From an uncultured Lentisphaerales bacterium (GTDB lineage Bacteria > Verrucomicrobiota > Lentisphaeria > JABSQK01 > UBA12247): DNA of 64,000 bases. Below are positions 43,522 through 52,303 of this stretch, one piece after another (within the stretch, counting starts at the first letter, position 1; each line of letters begins with the position of its first letter). Made by a program: the position numbers and the translations under genes. The stretch is taken from positions 64,001-128,000 of the forward strand of contig CALSSJ010000002.1 in assembly GCA_943788985.1 (NCBI GenBank), in the 5' to 3' direction. A model generated the notes under the pieces. The model made no database searches. It was not told the origin of the DNA and saw only the letters and a list, made by a program, of their open reading frames with translations.

Positions 43522-43618
43522 TTGACTCTTGACTTTCGACTCTTGACTCTTGGGCTGACTGGCTGACTCGCTGACTGTCGCTGGGTCAAAGAGTCATCTC
43601 GTCAAGAGTCAAGAGTCA
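43522..43618. repeat. Inverted array of short tandem heptamer repeats (GACTCTT ... AAGAGTC)
   Basis: Left arm has 4 GACTCTT units (one variant), centre has 3 GCTGACT units, right arm has 3 AAGAGTC units; intergenic between divergent genes. Confidence 0.8.
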
Positions 43619-43736
43619 GGCCGCTGCCAGAGAGCCGATCGGAGCTGAGCGATTTGCCTGTTATCGGGACGCGGGTATCGTACTAGGCTCGACTACGCAT
43701 TATATTATCTGCGATCCGAATTTCCAAGGTGCAACG

Positions 43737-44072
43737 ATGTCCAGCACAACCCCAGCAATCACAATAACCGAAAATGCCCGCCAGCGCCTGCTGGATGCTG
43801 GGCTACAGGAAGGCGGTTACCTGCGTATTAAAGTAATTTCTGGAGGCTGTTCCGGCCATACCTTCGACGCCACGATTGAAGCCGAGATGAGTGATGGCGA
43901 TGTAATTGTGCTCGATCATGACAACTTGCGCATCATCACTGATCCAAAAAGTTCGCTATTCATCAATGGCCTCGATATCGACTACTCGAACGATCTGATT
44001 CAGGCCGGGTTTCGGCTGACGAATGGGAACGCGAGTGAGTCCTGTGGCTGCGGTGCAAGCTTTGCAATGTAA
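43737..44072 (+). CDS. HesB/IscA/ErpA-type Fe-S carrier
   Basis: ITITENA, GGCSG, CGCGASF. Confidence 0.9.
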   Translation: MSSTTPAITITENARQRLLDAGLQEGGYLRIKVISGGCSGHTFDATIEAEMSDGDVIVLDHDNLRIITDPKSSLFINGLDIDYSNDLIQAGFRLTNGNASESCGCGASFAM

Positions 44073-44084
44073 CGAAGGTGCCTA

Positions 44085-44294
44085 ATGGCTGTTGAACCTG
44101 TATCTATTCTCGGCGGCAAGTCCGTCTACTGTATTAACGAAGGCCAACTCAAGGATGCCTGCGCGCTGGCCCAGGAAGGCGAGGCTGGCGAGCGCATCCA
44201 AGCGGAGCTGGCCCGGATTGGTGAAAACCTGAGCCGCAACGAGCAGGCCGCGTTGGCGTTTATGATCATTGAAAACCTGCGAAACTCCGCCTGA
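44085..44294 (+). CDS. Small hypothetical protein within the Fe-S carrier operon
   Basis: GAAGG RBS; TGATG overlap with the next gene. Confidence 0.6.
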   Translation: MAVEPVSILGGKSVYCINEGQLKDACALAQEGEAGERIQAELARIGENLSRNEQAALAFMIIENLRNSA

Positions 44295-44857
44295 TGAGTA
44301 CGCCACCACTTGAGATCAATCTCGAGATTACGCCGAATCCCAATGCGCTGAAGTACGCGCTGAATCGTCGGATTCTATTGACTGGGGCTGAGTACTACGC
44401 GACTGAGGCTGAGGCCGAGGAGTATTCGCCGCTGGCAGCCCGGCTGTTCCATCTTGGCGATATTCAGGCTGTGATGCTTGGTGGGGACTTCGTCTCGGTC
44501 ACGATTGCCGGGATGGACCGGGTGCGCGAATTAAATGAAGAGATTATCGCCAACATCCGCGCCCACATTGAGGGCGGTGGTGAGATCTGCTCGCCGCGTG
44601 ATGAGGCCGACCTAGCCGCGAACGAATCCGAGGATTCGGCGCTGGTGCGCAAGATCATCAACGAGGAAGTGCGTCCGGCTGTGGCGATGGACGGTGGCGA
44701 TATCGTGTTCTACCGGCTAGACGAAGATGTGGTTTACGTGCACATGCACGGGGCCTGCGCCGGTTGCCCAAGCTCGACGATGACGTTGAAGGCTGGGATT
44801 CTCAATCGCCTGCAGCAGGATATCCCCACGATTCGGGACGTTGAGCCGATCGCCTGA
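44294..44857 (+). CDS. NifU/Nfu-family Fe-S scaffold/carrier
   Basis: TPNPNALK, SPLA..LF, VRPAVAMDGGDI, GACAGCPSSTMTLK. Confidence 0.92.
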   Translation: MSTPPLEINLEITPNPNALKYALNRRILLTGAEYYATEAEAEEYSPLAARLFHLGDIQAVMLGGDFVSVTIAGMDRVRELNEEIIANIRAHIEGGGEICSPRDEADLAANESEDSALVRKIINEEVRPAVAMDGGDIVFYRLDEDVVYVHMHGACAGCPSSTMTLKAGILNRLQQDIPTIRDVEPIA

Positions 44858-44870
44858 CAGCCTGCCGCGC

Positions 44871-44977
44871 GAAGAGGGAATAGGTAAAATATTAAGGGGG
44901 TAAAAAATTGGGAGGGGGATCACGCCAGCCTTTTGTCTTCATTTTTTACCCTTAAATATTTTACCTATTCCTTCTTC
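44871..44977. repeat. AT-rich inverted repeat with about 37-bp arms between convergent genes
   Basis: GAAGAGGGAATAGGTAAAATATTAAGGGGGTAAAAAAT (44871-44908) pairs with 44941-44977 with few mismatches; 32-nt spacer. Confidence 0.85.
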
Positions 44978-44984
44978 TCCGTGC

Positions 44985-47900
44985 TTAGCGCTGGCCTAGC
45001 CTGAGCGGCTCAATCGTGATTGTAGCCGACCGATCCTGCGGATAGAACAGCAAAAACAGTCGCTCGGCCGTGCGTGTTCCGTCAATCGATGCGGTGAATT
45101 GCCAGGCCGTTACGGCTGATTTGAGCCGTAGCGTGCGCAGGTCAAACACCAGCTCATTTCGTCCAGGCCGCACAAAGAGTGGCTCGCTCTCCAGGTATTC
45201 ATCGCCAAACTGGAAGGCCATGGCCAGGCGACTGCCACTGGCCATCTGCGCTTGCAGCGGGACGATCCAGGTCTGGCCCGGGTGTACCTCGGTGTCGGTC
45301 TGCGCCGCCATCACGATCTTTTCCGATGCGCCCGCCGTCTGCTCCAGAGCGAAGCGAAACCTGACGCCGCCGTCCCGCTGCTCGACAAGCTCACTGGGCA
45401 GAATATCCGTCCACCCTTCCGGCAAGGCCCACTCAGTCACCGCGAGCTCCTCCGTGGCGACTTCCTGCGCCCGTTTCAAGTGATCCTGGCGTTCTTGTGC
45501 CAGGTCTCGCCCGCGCAGCCCCAGCGTCTCGGTCGCGCCGTGCGCCAGAAAACTGGTCACGATATTGATGCCCATCTGCACCGACCCTTCCTGCATTTCC
45601 CGGGGCGATAGGTCCGTCAACGACGGCATCAGCGGATGCGTCCTCGGGTCGATTTCAAGCCCGTCTCCGTAGTCATTGCGGGTGTAGACCACGCGCCAGC
45701 GGCCATCCAGTTGCACGCCCTCTAGATAGTCGAGGCGGTACTTATCTCCCGGCGGGACCCGATATCCCAGGAAGCCCGTGCTCAGATCGTACGGCGCCGC
45801 GAAGAGTGGCGCAGTCAGCGGAATTTTGGCCAGCCGCTTTCCCGGCAACACCTGTGCGAGCGCCTCGCGGACTGCGCCGTCGAATGCTTCGCTGTCCAGT
45901 GCCGACGAATCGTTGATCCACAGGCATCCGCCTTGGGCGAGATACTCGGCCAGCCGGGTGACCTCCGTTGCGGACATCGCAAATGGGTCGTGCCCCGACA
46001 TAAACAAGAACGGGGCCTCGGTGAGTTCCTGATCATCCGTGCGGATCGCCCGGCTTCCGTAGGGCAGCAGACTGCCCAACCGTTGCTCAAACTGATGAGC
46101 CAGATGCAGCATTGCCGTGGCGTCGCAGTCCCAATCGCCGCCATACTCCAGAACCGGCAGCGTGCGTTGCCACTGGCTCGAGATCGCGTGCTGCGCATCT
46201 GCTCCCGCAGTGCCGCCTGGCCGCACCAGCGCCGCAGCCGCGGAGAGGGCAGTGCTCGCTGCCGGAATCGTCACTGCGCCCACTGGGGCGTCATCAATGA
46301 TCATGCGTCGTCTGCCCACCAGCTCTGGCCCGGGCCTTGTAACTTCGGCGGTGCGCTTGGCCGTGGGCGCTGCAGCCTGGCTGGCGAGGGCCGCCAAGTC
46401 GATGGCTTCACGTGTGGCGGCGCTGCGGAGTGAGCCGCTGGCACTGATGGGTGCCCGCGCCGGTGCGAACTCCGCAACTTCTTGTCCAGGACTGGCTGAC
46501 TGGCGCGAGGCGCGCTCGCCCGCCAGTGCTTGCCCCATCGCTTGGGCGGTGCGCTTGGCCGTGGGCGCTGCAGGATCGCTGGCGACGGCCGCCACCGCGA
46601 CCGCTTCGCGTTCGGCGTGGGCACTGCGGAGCGTGCCGCTGCCACTGATGGGCGCGCGTGCCGGTGCGAACTCCGCAACTTCCTGTCCTGGGCTGGCTGA
46701 CTGGCGTGAGGCACGCTCGCCCGCCAGTGCTTGCCCCATCGCTTGGGAGGTGCGCTTGGCCGTGGGCGCTGCTGCCTGGCTGGCGACGGCGGCCACATCG
46801 ACGGCTTCACGTGTGGTGGCTGCGCTGCGGAGCGTGCCGATGACGCCAATCGGCGCGCGCGCTGGTGCGAACTCCGCAACTCCTTGTCCAGAGCTGGCTG
46901 ACTGGCGTGAGGCGCGCTCGCCCGCCAGTGCTTGCCCCATCGCTCGGGCGTTGCGCCTGGCGGTGGGGGCCTCAGCCTGGCTGGCTACCGCGGCGACATC
47001 GACGGCTTCACGTGTGGTAGCTGCGCTGCGGAGCGTGGCGATGGCACTGACGGGGGACCGCGCCGGTGCGAACTCCGCAACTCCTTGTCCAGAGCTGGCT
47101 GACTGACGTGAGGCACGCTCGCCCGCTAGTGCTTGCCCCATCGCCTGGGCGGTGTGCTTGGCTACGGGCGCGGCAGTCCTCGCTGGCGACGGCCGCCACA
47201 GCGACCGCCTCGCGTGCGGCGTGGGCACTACGGAGTGTGCCGCTGGCGCCAATGGGGGACCGTGCCGGTGCGAACTCCGCAACTTCCTGTCCCGGGCTGG
47301 CGGACTGGCGTGAGGCGCGCTCGCCTGCCAGCGCCTGGACGGCCCCTTCAGTCGCCTGGCGACGCCCGGTCTCGGCCGCGGCTTCGCGGACGTCCTGCGG
47401 TTGCTCGTGCGCGCGGCCGACGGTTCCGATTGCGATCTCCGCAACTGCTGCGGAGTTCGCAGTCGCCCGTTCCGGGCCAAGCGCCTGCTCGGCGCTGTGG
47501 GCAGTTGCCTCGCGGGCCAGCTTGCCGCCCTCGGGGGCTGCGCGCTCGCTGCTTTCGGCATGACGCAGCGCAACGCTGGCGGTGCTCTCTGCCGGAGCGA
47601 CCTGCGCTGCCGGACGGCTCAGCTCTGGCACTCGAACTTGCGGCTCGGCCACGGTCGCCAGCGGCGTTGGGGTTGCCTCGAGAGACTGGCTCTCGTCCAT
47701 CATTTCTTCCGCGCGCTCCCGTGCTTCGGCCGCCGTGGGTTGCTGCTCCGCCAGCGCCTTGTGCACCGGCGCCGCGGTCGCGGCCTCGGTCGATTGGTCT
47801 GCTGGTTCCACCGGCTCGTGGGCCAATTCAGGGGCGATCGCCTCTGGCTGCTCGTCCGTTTCCTGCTGCGCTTGTTCTGGCTCGGCTGGCGCGGATTCAT

Positions 47901-50295
47901 CGACCACTTCGCGCTCCACCGGCTGCGGGGCCTCGGGCTCTGCGACCGCCGCACTCTCGGTGGTTGCGATCTCGGCACTCACCTCCTGCTCGACGATCTC
48001 TTCGCCGGCGGTGACCGTCATGATGGTCACGATTTCCTCGGTCGGCTCTTCGCGGGGCGAGGATTTAGGCAGCACGACAAACAGGAGTAATGCATGCACT
48101 GCCACGGAGGCCAGCACGAAGCGCGCGCGTTCATTGCCGCGAACCGCATGGATTAGCAGCGCGAGCAGGGCCAGAACGATCAGCAGCCAGGCCAGCCACC
48201 AGAGTACGTTCCAGCCGCTGTCTGCGGCCTTGGCCTCCGCCAGCGGCGGCGCGGCTACGCGTGTTTGCCGCGAGACCTCGACCGAGAGCGGAACACGCAC
48301 TGGCATCAGTCCATCTGCCTGGGCGACAATCTCGGTCGCCAGCTGTTCGCTCGGCAACGGGCGTTCCAAGCGCCAGACAAACGGCGTGGTCTGCCAATCT
48401 GCTGTTGTGGCTAGGCTGGCGGTCTCGAACTCCAGGCCTGCGGCCGGAGAGCGAAGCGACGCCGCGGCGGCTCCCTCCGGATCTAGTCGCAGCTCGGCGA
48501 TGCCCGCGACCCGCACTTCGTGTTCGCCCTCGGCCACTGTGACCGCACTTAGCCGCAGCAGAAGTTGCGGAGTTCGCACTTCGCCGTGAAACGGAACCTG
48601 CCAGGATTTTCCCGCGAAGTTGATCGATACCGTCCCTTCAAATGGCCCGGCCTCGGTCTGCTCGGTGGCGGCAATGAGGGAGAGCCGGCTCGTGGCAGTG
48701 CCCGCCAGATCGCCCTCCGCGCGCACCGTCACGTGCGGCGGGGGCTGGATGGAGAGCGTGGCCGCGTCGCCTGCGCTACCTCCGTACAACTGAATCTCGA
48801 GGTCTGCCTTTTGTGGCACGCCCGCGTAAAGCGGGGCGAAGGTGACCACCTTGGGCTCGGCCAGCATGCTCGCTTCCAAACCGGCTGCGGTGGCATCGAG
48901 CGCCAGCTTTGCCGGCGCAATGTCGCCAGCGACCGCTCGCTCGGCCAGCCGGGCCGGGCGGAAACTGCGGGCTCTGGGCCCGCCGCTCGCTGCTGCCGGC
49001 CCTGTTACGACCGGGCGCACTGCACCTTGCAGCGAGATTAGATCGGTTCGCACCAGCGGTTGGTCGTCCAAGGCTGCTTTTGCGGAGAGCGCAAACCGCT
49101 GCATACGGGCCTGCTGCGTGGGCGAGAAGCGCATCAGGCCAGGGACGGGCGTAGGGAGTGGGGGCAACGTGGAGTCGTGGGATAGTGCCGTCGCCACGAT
49201 GGTGGCCGTGCCGTCGAAATCACCGCGCAGCCAGGCGCAGAAGCCATCGGCCAGCGTGACCACCCGCAGCGTGATATCGGTGGAGGCAATGAGTTCGTAG
49301 GTTGGGGCCTCGCCCAGCCCTGGTGAGAGCGTGTTGCGGCCGCGTTGAAATGTGGTGAGATTCTCAGCACCATTGAGTCGCGGGGCACCGCCGCTGACCT
49401 GCAGCAGCGGCTGGCGCATACTGTCGTCGAGCCACAGTTCCGTCTCTGCCGCGAGGAAGCCGCGTGCTGCGACTTGGCGGCGATCGATGCGATGAAAAAC
49501 ATCCCGAAACAGCGCGGGCAAGGCGTCGGCATCGGGTGCCTGCACATGCATGCCGCCGGTCTTTTTCGCAATCCGGGCCATCAGCGATTGGTCGACTTCT
49601 GCGCTTAGGCCGATGGTGAATACCGGGGTCTCGCGCAGGCTCTCGTGGGCCTCGCGGTAGGCGCGATGGGGGCGCCCGTCTGAGAACAGCAGAATTGCCC
49701 GGCGGTTGCCGGTTTCCAGGCCGTCGAGCATGCGCGCTGCCGCGGCAAGCGGCAGGTCGAAGTCGGTCGAGCCGCGTGGGCGGAGCGCCCGCACCATGCT
49801 CGCGACATCTGGGCAGTCCTGCGGCGCTACCGGCACTTGGATGACTTCTGGCTCATCGCGAAAGCTCACCACCCCGACGTGCTGGATCCGGCGGCTCTGC
49901 CGCGCCAGGTCCAGGAACTCCTGCAGCGCCCGCAGTCTTGCGTTGTCGGGGTCGTGCTTGCGCATGCTGTGTGAGCTGTCGATGAGAGCGACCAAGTCAT
50001 AGCGTTCTTTGCGAAACTCGTGCTCTGCTGTTATTGGCACGGATTTCCCGGCGGCCAGCAGCGAGACTGGGAAGGTCCCAGATTTGCGGAGTTCGCAACG
50101 CGCTACGATCAAGCGGCGGCCGTTACGCTCGCTCAGGATCGCTGCTGGAAAGCGTTGAGGCAGCTCAGAGCCGACGATCAACTCGCCAGCCTCGAGGGCG
50201 GCCACGGCGGCGGGTGCCTGGGCTTCGAACCAGAAGGTTTCGCTGGCTGAGACCGTGGCCACTAACAGTACGGTAAGGAGAATGCGCATATTCAT
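44985..50295 (-). CDS. Giant membrane-anchored protein (vWA, TM pair with TonB-like SxxxH, acidic linker, 67-aa repeats, DUF4159-like domain), split by a 1-nt frameshift near 47175-47179
   Basis: MIDAS motif DSSHS...LFSDG; SVAVHALLL; C-terminal GGDW...PFLFMSGH..EYL..GG. Repeat period is 201 bp except one 202-bp unit, which locates the extra base. Confidence 0.8.
46347..47338 (-). repeat. Five intragenic tandem repeats of about 201 bp (67 aa)
   Basis: Anchor 13-mer recurs at 46464, 46665, 46866, 47067 and 47269; unit peptide QALAGERASRQSASxGQxVAEFAPARxP. Confidence 0.92.
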
Positions 50296-50705
50296 GCGTA
50301 GTGTACGGTGGCCGGTCTATAACGCGATTGCGATAACTGCTGGGTATACACTGTCGCCAAGCCGCAGGCATCCTTCCCCGCGGATTCGCAATCACGCAGA
50401 GAGGAGCGGAGCACAGCAATGGTGAACACGGTCGGGGAGGCAGCACAGAATATGGCGTGGGGGGAGCTTGGAAAGGTTCTCGCCCCTGGCAGCCTGCGAC
50501 CGCCATTTTCCCCGCACTTTCGGGGCACGATTGGGGCAATTCTGACAACAATGGAATCTGTCTGAAAACTTGCCTCACTTATCCGTCAGGATACGGCGCA
50601 TCCGGGCTTTCTGTTTTCTATCCCAAATTTTTCCCTTGTCCTTGCCCAGATCTATGGTAATCGTGTAGCACGCGCAGGGGAAGAAATCAGGTAGGTTGAA
50701 GACTA

Positions 50706-51482
50706 ATGAACGCAGAAAGCCGGTTTTGCTCGCGAAGATTCACGCTGATCGAGTTGCTTGTTGTCATCGCAATTATCGCTATTTTGGCGAGTCTGCTGTT
50801 GCCAGCGATGGCCAAGAGCCGCGAGAAAGCGCGGTTGGCCTCTTGTACCAATAACATCCGCCAGATTGGCCTGGGCACGATGATGTACTCCTCCGAGCAT
50901 AATGAATGGTTTATGACCAACGATGACAGCTCCGGCACGGGATCTTGGGATTATAAGCTCTCGGACTACGATGGGCGGGGCACGCTGCCTTCAAGGGGAG
51001 AGACTTTGCCCGCTGATGGCGCCTACAGTGGAATCTACAGCTGTCCATCTGATGGTTTTATACCGACGGCGACCACCCAATACAACCGCTCCTATTCAGT
51101 GAACCTCTATCGAGAGAATGCCGCCGCCTACCAAGGAATGATTGGCAGCGCATCGATTAGCAGCCCTACGCAATCCCGCGCGGTCAGCGAGGTCCTCCAA
51201 CCCTCCGACGTGATGTTCTTTGCAGACTACCATCAAGTCAATAATAAAATCAACACCAACGATGACTTCAGCGGTTTGTCCTGGGATCAACTCAACCCCG
51301 CCAGCGGTTCGGCTTCATCCGCAAGCAACAAGTTCTTTCCACACAAACCGGCTCATTGCAATGTTCTGCTTGTGGACGGGCATGCCGACCTAATCGATCG
51401 CGGAACTCTCACGGTTAGCCAATCTAGCGGGCTTTTTGAATCAAGGCCAAATAACACAATGATGGACGCCGATGCGCCATAA
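50706..51482 (+). CDS. Prepilin-type N-methylation domain protein (PVC DUF1559/H-X9-DG type)
   Basis: [36 protein letters not shown]...NVLLVDGH. Confidence 0.9.
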   Translation: MNAESRFCSRRFTLIELLVVIAIIAILASLLLPAMAKSREKARLASCTNNIRQIGLGTMMYSSEHNEWFMTNDDSSGTGSWDYKLSDYDGRGTLPSRGETLPADGAYSGIYSCPSDGFIPTATTQYNRSYSVNLYRENAAAYQGMIGSASISSPTQSRAVSEVLQPSDVMFFADYHQVNNKINTNDDFSGLSWDQLNPASGSASSASNKFFPHKPAHCNVLLVDGHADLIDRGTLTVSQSSGLFESRPNNTMMDADAP

Positions 51483-51539
51483 CTAGCCGCTGCCCCCAAG
51501 TGATTCTGCACGGTTAGTTGCCGTGTCAGAAAACTCAAA

Positions 51540-51977
51540 TCAGCCGCAGGTGAGGACCAGACGCTCATAGACGGTCTGGCCGCCGTGGTGGAGGCAATCG
51601 TGGCTCAGGGCGCAGCCGTGATCATTGGCGATCTGGATGCGTATCCCAGTGGTTGCGGAGTCCGCAAGCCAGGGTGCTATCTCGCGCTCGAAGAGGGCGC
51701 GGAGGGTGCCGGACAGGCCTTTAAGGAGGCGGTGCGGAGTTCGCAAATCCGGCAGTAGGTCACTGAGCGATTGGGCTTCGCCGCCGGGGATGTGGTGGTA
51801 GGCAATGCCATGCGTGGCATAGAATTCGGTCGGGTCCTGATCGGTCCCGAGGCGCTGACCCAGGCCGGCGGTGGTTGCGGTGGGCCCTGGCAGGCGGGCA
51901 ATGCGCAGCTCGCCGGGAGGTAGATCAGTGATCGCGAGCCAGACGTCTACGGGCACAGCATTGAGGATCAGCAGCAC
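51540..51977 (-). CDS. Hypothetical protein, possibly 5'-truncated
   Basis: 145-aa ORF filling an otherwise empty gap; start uncertain; contains two copies of the 13-bp motif family. Confidence 0.45.
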   Translation of the reverse strand: MLLILNAVPVDVWLAITDLPPGELRIARLPGPTATTAGLGQRLGTDQDPTEFYATHGIAYHHIPGGEAQSLSDLLPDLRTPHRLLKGLSGTLRALFEREIAPWLADSATTGIRIQIANDHGCALSHDCLHHGGQTVYERLVLTCG

Positions 51978-52000
51978 ATCTGCGGAGGTTCTTCGTTATT

Positions 52001-52300
52001 CTTGTTGAGCATGTGCCGGACATGACAAACGCAGCATGCCGAATGGCAACGAAGTCAATGGGGCTGTCGTGCTTTGCATTGCTGCTGGCCTGGCCGAGCC
52101 TGTACGCTGAGGCAGGTGTACAGCAAGACGCGGACTAAAGCCATGGCTTTATGACCCAGTTGTTTGTGATGTTCGCAGTCTGGGATCATCAGTCACGCCC
52201 GGTGTCAGGGGCGGGGCACTGGTGGGCTTTGTCCGCGGCGTTGGTCGGGGCAGGGCTGATCGTGCTGGGCAATTGGTATGCCATCGCGCAGCGATCTCTC
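52001..52300 (+). pseudogene. Decayed exosortase 5' fragment (copy 1)
   Basis: The first about 170 bp is a diverged direct repeat of 55921-56093; frameshifted, with D*SHGFM in place of DYSHGF. Confidence 0.6.
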
Positions 52301-52303
52301 GGC

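Noticed and set aside
46347..47338. Regularly spaced identical 13-18-mers suggesting a CRISPR array
   Set aside because: The sequences between them are homologous to each other, the period is 201 bp and in-frame coding, and no cas genes are present.
46117..48589. Long plus-strand Ala/Ser-rich ORFs (46117-47106, 47582-48589)
   Set aside because: Antisense shadows of the vWA/DUF4159 gene and its repeats.
50296..50700. Possible riboswitch/ncRNA or REP remnant in the long intergenic gap
   Set aside because: No recognisable conserved RNA motif or convincing stem pattern by eye; an Rfam search would be needed.
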